The position numbers were made by a program, and so were the translations under genes. 64,000 nucleotides of DNA from an uncultured Verrucomicrobiae bacterium (GTDB lineage Bacteria; Verrucomicrobiota; Verrucomicrobiia; Limisphaerales; Palsa-1400): positions 128,001 to 192,000 of the forward strand of contig CAVXRD010000002.1 of assembly GCA_963764165.1 (NCBI GenBank), given 5' to 3'. Below the pieces are notes generated by a model. That model searched no databases. It saw only the letters and a list, made by a program, of their open reading frames with translations, and was not told the origin of the DNA. Shown in pieces: positions 1-10,281 of the stretch; position 1 is the stretch's first letter, and the number at the start of each line of letters is the position of its first letter.

Positions 1-178
1 CGCTGATGGCGAGTATCGCGTAGCAAAGGTATTTGCCCCAAAGATTAATGCTGAAATCGCTGATGTGGATGAACCAAGTGGCAGGCACCTTGGTGTTCAA
101 AACCGGAACTCCCACCACGAGGAAGATCGCAACAAACAACAATATCCACGTTTGCAGTTTCGGCGCGCGGCTTTCCAT
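1..178 (-). CDS. urtC: Urea ABC transporter permease UrtC, N-terminal part (runs off window)
   Basis: Manual translation from ATG at 178: MESRAPKLQTWILLFVAIFLVVGVPVLN...INLWGKYLCYAILAIS. This is a hydrophobic UrtC-type N-terminus directly after urtB. Confidence 0.85.
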   Translation of the reverse strand, partial: MESRAPKLQTWILLFVAIFLVVGVPVLNTKVPATWFIHISDFSINLWGKYLCYAILAIS

Positions 179-181
179 GGC

Positions 182-2020
182 TTAATCCAGACTGCGGCTG
201 CGGCTGGCAAAGAGGCCACCCGGCTTCCATTGCAAAAATAAAATAATGCCGACCAGCACCACGATTTTTCCCGTCACCGGCGAGCCGGTTGTTTGCTGCA
301 GCACTTCGTCAAAGGTTCCGATGCCGAAAGCCGAACAAACCGTTCCCACGATGCTGCCGACTCCGCCGAGCACGACCGTCATAAAGCTGTCAACAATATA
401 TGTTTGACCGAGGCTCGGCCCGACATTTCCGATTTGCGAAAGAAACGCGCCAGCCAGGCCGGCCAAGCCGGAGCCAAAAGCGAATGTCATCATGTTGACC
501 CGGGCAGTGCGAACACCGAGCGCGGAAGCCATGCCGCGATTTTGCATGACCGCGCGAATAAGCAGGCCCAGCGGCGTTTTTGCCAACAAAAGCCATGTCG
601 CCGCGACGATGAGCAGAGCAAAGACGATGACAAACACGCGATTGTAACCGAACGAAATGTCATTGATCCCGAAGTGGCCGAGCAGCCATGACGGCGAATT
701 GACCTGGACGTTGTTCGCCCCGAACACCATTCGGAAAAGCTGCTGCATGACCAGTGAAATTCCCCACGTGGCCAGCAAGGATTCCAACGGGCGGCGGTAA
801 AGAAAGCGAATCACTGTGCGCTCAATGATAAGCCCGATCAGCGCCGCCATGATGAAACTGAGAGGAATTGCGATCAGAAAATAGGATTCGTACCAAAGGC
901 CGGTCGCATTCATGCCCGGAATATGCATTCCGAAGCTGATCATTTTCCCGTTGAAGCTAAACGGCACGGTGATCGCGAAACCGAACCCGGTCCCAAAAAT
1001 ATTTTGCACGACGTAACACGTATACGCGCCGACGGCGATCATCTCGCCATGGGCCATGTTGATAATTCCCATCAAACCGAAAGTAATGGCCAATCCGAGC
1101 GCCACGATGAGCAAAATCGATCCGAGGCTCAATCCAGAGAAAAACGTGCCGATAAAATTAACGAACGAAACGTGGTTATCAATGACCTGAAGAGCCTTCT
1201 TGCATGCCGCGGCCACTTCGCCTGGGCAGCCCGGCTTGTTCAAAATCGCCTTGATGGGGGCGACGGCCCCGATCGATTTCAGTTCGGCCAGCCGCTGCAC
1301 GGCGACAATTTGCACCTTGGCATCGGTGTCGGCCAATTGAAGCAGGGCGATTGCCTGTTCGATGCTGCGGCGCACCTCGGAACTGGGTTCTTTGGCGAGG
1401 CGGGCGCGCAGGACAGGAATGTATTTGACTTTTTGGGAGATGCCGATTTTCAAAGCGGCGGAATTGCGCTCCTCCGCGATGGGCGCGGAAAGCGCCAGCG
1501 TATCCAGCGTTTGCTGAATAAGGGAACGGAGCCTCATATCCGTATCCGCGCTGGTTAAATCCGCGGAAGCAAAACGCGGTTCCTTTCCGCCCGCGTCTTT
1601 GATGAATTGACCATCCACAATACGGATGATCCGGGCTTTGCCGTCCGCATCCGCCTGCTCGTCGAGAAGCACGGGAACTTTGGTGTTGTCAGGACCGTCA
1701 TAAAGGTAGACGCCATCACGAGACCAAGCCGTGAGGACATCGCGGACTAATTTCGAGCCGGTCTCGGAAAGTTCGGCCAGCAGTTTTTGCTGCACCTCAC
1801 CTTCGCTGAGGATGGCTTGAACCAACTTGGCGCGGATAGCGCCGTCTGGGGCAGAGTTGGTGTCGGCCCACGCGGAAAACACGCCAGGGAAAAAGAGACA
1901 ACAAAGCACCCAGCGAATTACTCGAAAGACGATTTTGCCGGATAGAGTTGGGGCGGAGCCAGCGCTCCGCCCCAACGTTCGCGGGAAGGACCCGCGATTT
2001 TCAGATAGTTTCTGAATCAT
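182..2020 (-). CDS. urtB: Urea ABC transporter permease UrtB with N-terminal HEAT-like periplasmic region
   Basis: [31 protein letters not shown] and [15 protein letters not shown] motifs; overlaps the urtA stop. True start may lie further in. Confidence 0.9.
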   Translation of the reverse strand: MIQKLSENRGSFPRTLGRSAGSAPTLSGKIVFRVIRWVLCCLFFPGVFSAWADTNSAPDGAIRAKLVQAILSEGEVQQKLLAELSETGSKLVRDVLTAWSRDGVYLYDGPDNTKVPVLLDEQADADGKARIIRIVDGQFIKDAGGKEPRFASADLTSADTDMRLRSLIQQTLDTLALSAPIAEERNSAALKIGISQKVKYIPVLRARLAKEPSSEVRRSIEQAIALLQLADTDAKVQIVAVQRLAELKSIGAVAPIKAILNKPGCPGEVAAACKKALQVIDNHVSFVNFIGTFFSGLSLGSILLIVALGLAITFGLMGIINMAHGEMIAVGAYTCYVVQNIFGTGFGFAITVPFSFNGKMISFGMHIPGMNATGLWYESYFLIAIPLSFIMAALIGLIIERTVIRFLYRRPLESLLATWGISLVMQQLFRMVFGANNVQVNSPSWLLGHFGINDISFGYNRVFVIVFALLIVAATWLLLAKTPLGLLIRAVMQNRGMASALGVRTARVNMMTFAFGSGLAGLAGAFLSQIGNVGPSLGQTYIVDSFMTVVLGGVGSIVGTVCSAFGIGTFDEVLQQTTGSPVTGKIVVLVGIILFLQWKPGGLFASRSRSLD

Positions 2021-3309
2021 TTACCTGCTGCCGCAAGTTTCTCGTCAAGTCCCTTGAGGAGGAAGGGTTCGCCCTTCACATCCGGGAAGGACTTGAGGAT
2101 TTTGAACTGGCCGTCAGCCTTCGTCTCACCAATGTAAACATTCTTGACGGTGTGGTGGTTGGCTTGCATGGTCGTCTTGCCGCCAGGACCGTCGAATGAA
2201 ACATTGCCGGATTCCAGCACAGCACGAACTTTGTCCACGTCAAACGAGCCAGCCTTTTCGACCGCTTTTTTCCACAAGTAAACGCCGTCGTAGGACAAGA
2301 CCATCGGGCTATCCACCGCGCGCTTTTCTTTCACGACGCCAGGATGGTTTTCGGTCTTGAGCCATCCGTCCCAGTGTTTGAGGAATGTTTTGTTTTCCTT
2401 GGACGGGAGGGACATGAAGTAGGTCCAGCAGCCAAGTTCGCCCACGAGGTCTTTGGCCGGCAGTGCGCGGAATTCATCCTCAGCCAAGCTGAACGAAACA
2501 ACCGGGCAGTCAGCCGGCGTCAAACCAGCGGCGGCGATTTCCTTGAAGAACGGAACGTTGGAATCGCCGTTGATCGTGTTGATGACGCAAGCGTCACCGC
2601 CAGCGGCGAACTGTTTGATTTCAGCGACGATCTGCTGATAGTCGGTATGGCCGAATGGCGTATATTTGCCCGCAGAGATAACCTTGCCGCTATCATCCTT
2701 GCGCAGGCCGCCGCCGATGTTGTCGAGCGGGATGCCGTGCAGCAAAAGATACTTGTAGAGGATCAGGTTGGTGGTTTGCGGATAAACGTAGTCGGTTCCG
2801 ACCAGGTAGAATTTCTTCTTGCCCTGCGCGAGCATGTAATCGACAGCGGGAATCGCCTGTTGATTGACGGCTTCAGCAGTGTAGAAGATGTTCTTGGACA
2901 ATTCTTCGCCCTCGTATTGCACTGGGTAGAACAGCAGCCCGTTGTCCTTCTCGAAGACGGGAAGAACAGACTTGCGGCTGACCGAAGTCCAGCAGCCGAA
3001 CACAACGGCGACCTTGTCTTCTTCCAGCAATTGCTTCGCTTTTTCAGCGAACAACGGCCAGTTGGAGGCGCCGTCCACAGGAACCGGCTCGATGGTATAG
3101 GTTTTTCCGTCGACCTTGATGCCGCCCGCGGAATTGATTTCGTCAAATGCGAACAGGAGCACGTCGCGAAGCGACGTTTCGCTGATCGCCATCGTTCCGC
3201 TCAACGAGTGGAGGATGCCGACCTTGACGGTCTCGGCAGTCACTGTGTTGGCGGCGAGGACGCTGGCAGCAGCGCAGGCTCCCAGCCACTTGGATGGATT
3301 CAATTTCAT
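2017..3309 (-). CDS. urtA: Urea ABC transporter substrate-binding protein UrtA
   Basis: Signal peptide; [34 protein letters not shown] and [11 protein letters not shown] motifs. Confidence 0.93.
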   Translation of the reverse strand: MKLNPSKWLGACAAASVLAANTVTAETVKVGILHSLSGTMAISETSLRDVLLFAFDEINSAGGIKVDGKTYTIEPVPVDGASNWPLFAEKAKQLLEEDKVAVVFGCWTSVSRKSVLPVFEKDNGLLFYPVQYEGEELSKNIFYTAEAVNQQAIPAVDYMLAQGKKKFYLVGTDYVYPQTTNLILYKYLLLHGIPLDNIGGGLRKDDSGKVISAGKYTPFGHTDYQQIVAEIKQFAAGGDACVINTINGDSNVPFFKEIAAAGLTPADCPVVSFSLAEDEFRALPAKDLVGELGCWTYFMSLPSKENKTFLKHWDGWLKTENHPGVVKEKRAVDSPMVLSYDGVYLWKKAVEKAGSFDVDKVRAVLESGNVSFDGPGGKTTMQANHHTVKNVYIGETKADGQFKILKSFPDVKGEPFLLKGLDEKLAAAGK

Positions 3310-3365
3310 AGGTGTCTTGGTTTTTTTAACTAGCTAGCTTCGTTTATGGTCTGGTTTTTGGTTAA

Positions 3366-4688
3366 TTAGAACGCGTAAGTAGCGCCCATGCCGAGGATGA
3401 ACTGGTCGCGATTATCCGGGCCAAATGCGCCGGAATATGAGGAGTGATTCCAGCGGATTTCCGGCTGAATCTTAATCTGTGGCGCAGGCGAGTAATCCAG
3501 AGTCAGCGTCGCGCTCATCAGATTCTGGCCAGCGCCGTAGACACCCGGGGGAAAGCCCGCCGCGCCAGTGTTGAGAGTTGCTGGATTTGGCGAGTTGATG
3601 AAGGTGCCGAAGCCCGTTGGATCTTGCACGTAATCCACACGAACGGTCGCGCCGAGCTTGGAAACGATGTCCGCGCTCAACCACGTTCCGAGAGACCACC
3701 AGTCGCCGTGGGTCTTTTGGCCAGGTTCAAACACGTAGTAGGCCGCGTGCTCGAAGTTGAAATAATCCGCTTCGATAGCCACGTTTACGTTGTGGTTTTC
3801 CAGGAGTTTGCGTGAGGCAATCACAGAACCGCCGTCGAGGAACGGCGGAGCAATGGGATAGGCTGAATCTTGCCGGCCTTCAAAGCCGAGGATGGCGATG
3901 GATGTTTTCTTGTCCGGGTTGATATACAAACCGCCGAGAAACGTCTTCGACCCAGTCGAAACCGCTCCATTGTAAAGGCCGTTCTGCAAGCGCGCCTTCA
4001 GACCGATCCAGTCGTTGAAGTCGTAGCCCAATTGCACGCCCGCGTCCGGTCCGTTGCCCGTGTACCACCATTGGTAGCCTTGGGAGAAGTTGCCGTTGGC
4101 GGCGCCGCCGTCGCCTGACTCGTAGTTCAAGAGCGAGATCAACTGGCCCGCGCGAATGTCAAGACCGGTTCCAATCGGGACATTCAACTCGACATAAGCT
4201 TCGCGGAGAAAATTGAAGCCGTCGGTAGTTTTCGAGCCAGTGTCAACGAAATCTGAGTCGGCGCCCCAGATAAACGAAGCGCGATAAGCCGCGCTCCACT
4301 TATCTTTGTCGACGCCGGGGCTGGCCAACGTCAGTTTGACCTTGTTCACCTCAAATGAATTCAAGCTGGTGTTCCAAAGGTAGCCAACTGGGTGGTTGTC
4401 TTTGGGATTGCCGACATCGTAAAAATACGAGGACGTTACAAACCCGCTGATTGTGATATCGGTAAGGGCTTTGACAGGCTGGGCCACGCCCATGGTGCCG
4501 CTGGGCTTCAAGCCTTCCTTTTCAAGGAGCGCTTCCATGTCATCCAGCCGCTTGCGCAGTTCCTGATTCTCTTGTTCGAGTTTGGAGGTGTCCTGAGCCT
4601 GGGCCGCAAGGCCACCAGCCATGATGGAGGCGACAACCGCGCTCAGAGCTGCCACGTATGTGTGATTGGAGTTCTTGTGAATCGTCAT
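3366..4688 (-). CDS. Outer-membrane beta-barrel porin (BBP2/OmpL-like), first gene of the urea uptake operon
   Basis: Signal peptide from ATG 4688 (MTIHK...GLAAQAQD), short coiled coil, then beta-strand-rich body (ISGFVTSSYFY, LREAYVELNVP) and C-terminal aromatic residue (GATYAF). Confidence 0.75.
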   Translation of the reverse strand: MTIHKNSNHTYVAALSAVVASIMAGGLAAQAQDTSKLEQENQELRKRLDDMEALLEKEGLKPSGTMGVAQPVKALTDITISGFVTSSYFYDVGNPKDNHPVGYLWNTSLNSFEVNKVKLTLASPGVDKDKWSAAYRASFIWGADSDFVDTGSKTTDGFNFLREAYVELNVPIGTGLDIRAGQLISLLNYESGDGGAANGNFSQGYQWWYTGNGPDAGVQLGYDFNDWIGLKARLQNGLYNGAVSTGSKTFLGGLYINPDKKTSIAILGFEGRQDSAYPIAPPFLDGGSVIASRKLLENHNVNVAIEADYFNFEHAAYYVFEPGQKTHGDWWSLGTWLSADIVSKLGATVRVDYVQDPTGFGTFINSPNPATLNTGAAGFPPGVYGAGQNLMSATLTLDYSPAPQIKIQPEIRWNHSSYSGAFGPDNRDQFILGMGATYAF

Positions 4689-4821
4689 TATTTTGTTTGG
4701 TGTCAACTGGTTAAAACCCGGAACGCTCATTCCGTTCCCTTGTGATGCCGCAAGAGCCGCATGGCTCAGGCGCAGTATGGCATCTACTTGGGCATCCGGT
4801 CGTCCCGTGTGCTTGTTTGAC

Positions 4822-4837
4822 AGCGTTATTAGTGCCA
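4822..4837 (-). promoter_or_regulatory. Sigma54 (-24/-12) promoter of the porin-urt operon
   Basis: Minus strand TGGCACTAATAACGCT has GG and GC at the exact sigma54 spacing, about 135 bp upstream of a nitrogen-uptake operon. Confidence 0.65.
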
Positions 4838-5435
4838 AGACCACTTGGCTAGTCAAGATAGTTTGCGTGAAATAAATTCACGTTCATCGTGAGCAAAATT
4901 CACAACCACCAACTTACGCAGGATACCGGCCAGCTTAACACGCTCGTAACATGGGTGGAAAACTGGGGTTTCACTGTCTTTGGGCCGACGCCGTTTTTTA
5001 CTCCCTGAGCCATCCGCCACTCAGTTCGGTGACTGGAGAAAGATAAGGCTGTCGATTATTGAACAGGCTGGGCAAAAAAGTTGAATTGACGTCGATCCAA
5101 GGTTCCTCGCGGTTTCAGCGGAATGAATTGTGGTCAACGCATCCGCGACGGCAGCTAGAGGTCATGGAAAACACCTTGTTTCGTTCCATCGCAACCTTCT
5201 CGGAAGAAATGTAACGGGTCTGTAGCCACACTTGTAGGGTTATCTGGTTGATACTCAACGATGTAACGGGTGTAACGGGTTATTCGAGATTATATGCGCA
5301 TTCAGGTGCTTTGCCGGGGCGCCGCTCGGTCTCTCCGGGCGAATGTCCGGCCACGGCTGCACCCGCCATCTCATCCACTGAAAACGCCGATCAACCGATT
5401 AAAAGCCCCGCCATGGCTCGAAGCCGACCCTCACA

Positions 5436-6248
5436 TCATTGCGTAGTCGTCACTCCGCGAAGCTTGATCCAATCAATATTATTAGTGGCAACTTTGGGAG
5501 GCACTGTGACGCTGAACGCGAGCAATTCCGTCTCGGGCGCCTGATCGACCGGGTTTAACGTATGAAATGTTTCCGCATGGCCGTCGGCAAAATTGAGGCA
5601 GTAGCCGTTATTGTGGCGCGTCGAGGGCAATTGCACAAATGGATAACTGTTGTCCATCGTGACTTGGAACCAGCCGTAGGCGAGCGTTCGAATATGTTCG
5701 TCGATGAAGACCCAGATGCCGGAAGGCGAAGTCGCGCCAAAATCCGTTTCCTTGACGAATACCCGGTAGGGCGTTTGCTCCTCCAGCGTCTCCATCACGG
5801 TGCCGCCGGTCCACCCGTTGGCCGAGTAGCTCCGCACCCGTGGCTTGCCGTTGCCTGTCGAAATATCTGACGGGCAGCGAAACACCGCGAATTGAGACAA
5901 ATACGGGTATAATTGCCCCGCGTGCAATGGGACGTCGTTGGTCGAGTCGGCAACGACTTTCATGCTTCCGTAGACCCACGAATTTGTATCCACCCCTTCG
6001 TTGCCCTCGGGAGACGCGTTTTCAGTCAGTTTTCCGCCGTTTTCCGAGGAGTACATTTGGTAGGCGATCGCAAATTGCCGCATGTTGCTCAAGCAGCCCG
6101 CCGCCCGCCCGTTGCCTTTGGCTTTCGAGAGGGCAGCCAGAATCAAAGATGCCAGAATGCCAATAATGGCAATCACCACCAGCAATTCGATCAACGTCAT
6201 CGCACGTTGAGCGAGGCGGCGGCGTTCTTTTTGGCCTGAAGCTGGCAT
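5436..6248 (-). CDS. Prepilin-type N-terminal cleavage/methylation protein with H-X9-DG motif (DUF1559-like)
   Basis: AMTLIELLVVIAIIGILASL, CLSNMRQ, FRCPSD and HNNGYCLNFADGHAE. Confidence 0.88.
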   Translation of the reverse strand: MPASGQKERRRLAQRAMTLIELLVVIAIIGILASLILAALSKAKGNGRAAGCLSNMRQFAIAYQMYSSENGGKLTENASPEGNEGVDTNSWVYGSMKVVADSTNDVPLHAGQLYPYLSQFAVFRCPSDISTGNGKPRVRSYSANGWTGGTVMETLEEQTPYRVFVKETDFGATSPSGIWVFIDEHIRTLAYGWFQVTMDNSYPFVQLPSTRHNNGYCLNFADGHAETFHTLNPVDQAPETELLAFSVTVPPKVATNNIDWIKLRGVTTTQ

Positions 6249-6312
6249 CGTTTCATTTATGCCCGGAGGCCCGGCCAGTTGGAACTGAGCGTCTAGCCGC
6301 ACACCCTGTCTT

Positions 6313-9093
6313 TTGGTTGCACTCCTTAGCGAAACGGGAATAAATACAAGTGTGACTCAGGCAGGGACATTGACGCGATTATTTGCAATTCTAGTCGTGT
6401 CCATCTCAATCGTGCTGGCAAACGATGTTTTTGCCGGGGATTGGCGGGCTTACACGCGCGCCGATGGCTTGCCCACCGACGGCTGCCGTTCGGTAACGGT
6501 GGCGGAAGACGGCAGCATTCTGGCCGTAAGCACGGACTCCAAGACGTTCTACAAATTCGACGGTTACGAAATCAAATCCTACCCCGCTCCACCCGGCGGC
6601 GCGGCCCGCGTTTCCCAAAGCCCCGCCGGCCAGTTCTGGACCGCGACCCCGCAAGGCTTGTGGACTTCCAGCGGCTACGACTGGAAGCTTTACGCAAACC
6701 GCGAAGCCGCTGAGAGCATCGCGATTTGCCCGGTGAAGCAAAAGGTCGTCTTTTGCCTGCTGCCCGAAAGGTTAATCGAGTTCAACGCCGATAACACAGC
6801 ATTGCCAAAGATCACAACGCTTCGCTCAAACGTCCAGACAAGCCTGGGCAGATTCGTCGGAATGACGGTGGGCTCGGCCGATGAATTGTGGGTCGTAGGA
6901 GAAAAAGCCGTGGCCCGCGTGGCCGGGCCGAAACGCGCCATTACAAGTTCCAGCGAATGGCAGGAATTTCCATTCCCTTCCGAACGGCAATTGTCGGATT
7001 TCTCGGAGCCAAAACCAGACTTCAGCGGCTTCACCGTCGCCGCAAAATCGAAATCAGACCACCGAAACATGGTGGTGCATTTTGATGGCGAAAAATGGGA
7101 CGTCGAGCCGGTGGACGCGGGCGGCAACCGTTTTGCGTGGCGCGATATGAACGGGAACTTCTGGGCATCATCCGCCCATAATCTCGCCTCCATTCCCGAA
7201 TCTCCACCCACTCCAACAAAGGAACGGGCCACCGGAACTTATAACGATGTCGCTGTCGATTGGCGGGGGACATTCTGGCTTGCGACGACAACGGGGCTGC
7301 TGCGCTACACGCCGGAGCTTTGGCGAGGCTGTCCGCCACCGGCCAACGCGCCAGCCGCGAAGCCCGTCGTTGCGAAATCATTCGCCTCGGTCCCCGGCTT
7401 GACCAACGCCGAAGTCACCTGCTCATTGGTGGCGCAAACCGGCGACATTTGGCTCGGCGGCGATTTCGGGACGGCGTGGCGGCACGATCATTGGACGATT
7501 TTCCCGGCTTCTGAGGGCAATTCACCAACGAATGTCCTCTACTTGATTGAGCTTCCCAATGGCCGAATCTGGTGCGCCTCCACTGAGAAAATCTGGAGTT
7601 TCGACGGCCGCGCCTGGTCGCTGGGACGCGGCGCATTAAATCAACTAGATAGCTTGGTGGCCACCCGCGATGGCAGCATCTGGGCGGGAACAGCGTCCGG
7701 CATCGAGCGCTGGGTGCGCGGCAAATGGATAGAATACAGCCTGGCCGAAGGTTTGGATTCTCCTCTCATTGAAACGGTTTGGGAGGATCCACACGGAACA
7801 CTCATGGCAAAAACCGCGGGCGGCTGGTTCGCCTATCATCCCGAGGACGACTCCGACCCGCCGCGCACATTTATCGACACGGTTGCCAATCCGTTGAAAA
7901 TCCCGGAGCGCGAGTGGATCACCTTGAGTTTTGGGGGCGTTGACAAATGGCAAATCACGCCGGGCGACCGCCTGATGTTCGCGCACCGGCTCGACAATGA
8001 AGATTGGACCACATTTGACAGCGCGACAAATGTAGTCCTCAGCGATCTGCCGCCCGGCAAACATTACTTTCAAGTTCATGCAATGGACCGCGCGGGAAAC
8101 ATCGATCCGGATGCGGCGCACTTGGAATTCGCCATTGTGCCGCCGTGGTACGAAGAAAGCCGGCTGCTGCTGACAGCATCGCTGGGCGGGATGACCGCGC
8201 TGTTTTTTGCGGGGCTGGCTTACAAGCGGCATCGGCAGTTGCAGCAAAGCTATCGCCTCGTCGAGAAGCAGGTCATTGAACGCACACGCCAGTTGGAGGC
8301 GGCCAGCCACGAACTGGTGCAAAGCCAAAAGATGCGCGCGCTTGGCACATTGTCCGCGGGAATCGCACACGATTTCAACAACATCCTCTCGATCATCAAA
8401 GGCTCGGCCCAGATCATTGAAGACAATCCCGGCAATCCCGGAAAAATTCGCACCCGGCTGGACCGCATCAAGACAATGGTCGACCAGGGTTCCGCTGTGG
8501 TGCAAGCGATGCTCGGATTCAGCCGGGGCTCGGACGAAAACTTCGAGCCGTGCGAAATCAATCCCATCGTTGACAACACTATCAAATTGCTTGGAGACCG
8601 TTTCCTGCGCGATGTCGAGATTCAATTCGACCGCGGCGCGGGATTGCCGCCCGCGCGGACTTCGCAAAGCCTTGTGCAGCAAATCCTGCTGAATTTTATT
8701 TTCAACGCCGCCGAGTCGATGGCCGGCCGCAAAAAGATCGTCATCACAACGGCGGCGGCGTCTCCCGCCATGGGCATGATTCTGCCGCCGGGAAAGAGCG
8801 AGGCGTGGGTTTCGGTGTCCGTTCGCGATTCGGGCGGCGGCATCTCGCCGGAGAATTTGGCGCGGGTTTTCGAGCCATTTTTCACCACCAAAGCGCTTTC
8901 AACCCGGCGCGGCACCGGCCTGGGATTGTCGGTTGTTTACGAACTGGCAAAAAAAATGGGCGCTGGCCTCGCCGTGGAATCAGTCCTGGGCCAGGGCAGT
9001 GTTTTCACCTTGATATTGCCGGCGGTGAAAGTTGAAAAAACCGCGGCGGCGGATTTGGGGCACGGCGAGCCACAACCTAAAGCGACTTATTGA
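6313..9093 (+). CDS. Sensor histidine kinase with periplasmic beta-propeller and Y_Y_Y domain
   Basis: Signal peptide, propeller-like repeats, LPPGKHYFQVHAMD, TM segment, GIAHDFNNIL H-box and EPFFTTK...GTGLGL ATPase motifs. Start may be GTG 6352. Confidence 0.88.
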   Translation: MVALLSETGINTSVTQAGTLTRLFAILVVSISIVLANDVFAGDWRAYTRADGLPTDGCRSVTVAEDGSILAVSTDSKTFYKFDGYEIKSYPAPPGGAARVSQSPAGQFWTATPQGLWTSSGYDWKLYANREAAESIAICPVKQKVVFCLLPERLIEFNADNTALPKITTLRSNVQTSLGRFVGMTVGSADELWVVGEKAVARVAGPKRAITSSSEWQEFPFPSERQLSDFSEPKPDFSGFTVAAKSKSDHRNMVVHFDGEKWDVEPVDAGGNRFAWRDMNGNFWASSAHNLASIPESPPTPTKERATGTYNDVAVDWRGTFWLATTTGLLRYTPELWRGCPPPANAPAAKPVVAKSFASVPGLTNAEVTCSLVAQTGDIWLGGDFGTAWRHDHWTIFPASEGNSPTNVLYLIELPNGRIWCASTEKIWSFDGRAWSLGRGALNQLDSLVATRDGSIWAGTASGIERWVRGKWIEYSLAEGLDSPLIETVWEDPHGTLMAKTAGGWFAYHPEDDSDPPRTFIDTVANPLKIPEREWITLSFGGVDKWQITPGDRLMFAHRLDNEDWTTFDSATNVVLSDLPPGKHYFQVHAMDRAGNIDPDAAHLEFAIVPPWYEESRLLLTASLGGMTALFFAGLAYKRHRQLQQSYRLVEKQVIERTRQLEAASHELVQSQKMRALGTLSAGIAHDFNNILSIIKGSAQIIEDNPGNPGKIRTRLDRIKTMVDQGSAVVQAMLGFSRGSDENFEPCEINPIVDNTIKLLGDRFLRDVEIQFDRGAGLPPARTSQSLVQQILLNFIFNAAESMAGRKKIVITTAAASPAMGMILPPGKSEAWVSVSVRDSGGGISPENLARVFEPFFTTKALSTRRGTGLGLSVVYELAKKMGAGLAVESVLGQGSVFTLILPAVKVEKTAAADLGHGEPQPKATY

Positions 9094-9100
9094 TGAAATG

Positions 9101-9179
9101 AATAGGAGTTATAGGAATAATGGGAAAAGCAGCCGCATGGGCCGCCACATAACTCGAACAATTCCCATTCCTCCCATCT
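9101..9179. repeat. ATGGGA/ATAGGA 9-bp periodic inverted repeat element
   Basis: Left AATAGGAGTTATAGGAATAATGGGAA, right ATTCCCATTCCTCCCATC; related copy at 42691-42717. Confidence 0.6.
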
Positions 9180-9195
9180 AGCCACGCCATTCGCG

Positions 9196-9846
9196 ATGAA
9201 CAAGCCCATCATCCTGATAATCGAAGACGACGATCTCCAATACGAAATCTACGAGGAAGCGCTCGCCGATTACCAACTCACGCGCGCCATGACCGGAACC
9301 GCCGCCGTGGCCGGCATCGCCCGGCAGCCGCCCGATGTCGTTATCCTCGATCACGTATTGGCCGAAGGCGAACTCGGCCTGGATTTTCTGCCGGAGTTAA
9401 AGGATGTCCTCCCGTTCGTGCCCGTCATCATAGTTTCCGGGGCGATGGAAGTGCATCAGCAGATGAAAGCGCTGCAAGGCCCGCGCCGCGCGCATTTCTG
9501 CCTGCCGAAGCCGGTGGATATCCGCGAATTGAAACAGACGGTGGAAATCGCCCTGCACGAATGCGGCCAGCAGGAAGCCGTGCGGCAATTCACGGCCTTG
9601 GAGCGTTCGCAGCGCGTCGACGCTCTCGAACTCTTCAGCCGCTCGACCGACCGCCTGGCGCGTCAGAACAAGATTTTGTCGCTCGTCTCCTCCGGAGGCG
9701 GCCGCCCGAATATTTCCGCTCTGGCGCGCCAATTCAACGTCGCCCGCCGCACCATCATCCGCGATTTGCAGGAATTAATCCGCCGCGGCCAACTTAGCTC
9801 TACCGCCTATCCAGAGTGGGAAAATCCCAAAATCGACGAACAGTAG
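9196..9846 (+). CDS. Response regulator (REC plus C-terminal DeoR-like HTH)
   Basis: ILIIEDD, DVVILDH and LPKP receiver motifs; C-terminal ISALARQFNVARRTIIRDLQEL HTH. Confidence 0.85.
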   Translation: MNKPIILIIEDDDLQYEIYEEALADYQLTRAMTGTAAVAGIARQPPDVVILDHVLAEGELGLDFLPELKDVLPFVPVIIVSGAMEVHQQMKALQGPRRAHFCLPKPVDIRELKQTVEIALHECGQQEAVRQFTALERSQRVDALELFSRSTDRLARQNKILSLVSSGGGRPNISALARQFNVARRTIIRDLQELIRRGQLSSTAYPEWENPKIDEQ

Positions 9847-10218
9847 ATGCGCAGCATGGAGTTGCAGCCTTCGCTGCGGCATCGAGCAAGACCTCCACGG
9901 CGGCGGTTGCGAGATCAATTAGTCATATAATCTCCAAAAATCGGTAACATCGGTTACACTGTTGATTATAAAGCACTTAAAAGGTAACAAAATGCCGTCA
10001 CAAACCCTCGCACAGAGCCGTCATAAACGCGGTCGATCAATCCCGGCAGGGAGAGACCCCGTCCATCCCTCATATTAAATATTGGCCAGACGCTTGCGCG
10101 CGGGGGCAATGGGGATTTTGTCGCGAAAACCAAGGGTGCAATAGGGTGCAATAGCGTGAAACGCCCCGATCACAGTTTATTCCTAAGCCCCAAATCAGAG
10201 ACTCGGAAATCCGCAAAA

Positions 10219-10281
10219 TGTCAAAGAACACGCCCTGACGGCGACAGTGTCAAAAATAAAGCCGAAAGTTTCCATTGTCAA
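10219..10281 (-). promoter_or_regulatory. Sigma70-like promoter followed by a boxA-like motif
   Basis: Minus strand TTGACA-17 nt-TATTTT (10281-10253), then TGTTCTTTGACA (10230-10219). Confidence 0.5.

Noticed and set aside
4795..4812. Guanidine-II (mini-ykkC) riboswitch suggested by GGGACGACC
   Set aside because: The stem is only about 2 bp and there is no second ACGR hairpin.
4689..4856. N-terminal extension of the porin ORF to 4856
   Set aside because: It overlaps the sigma54 promoter, and the signal peptide starts at ATG 4688.
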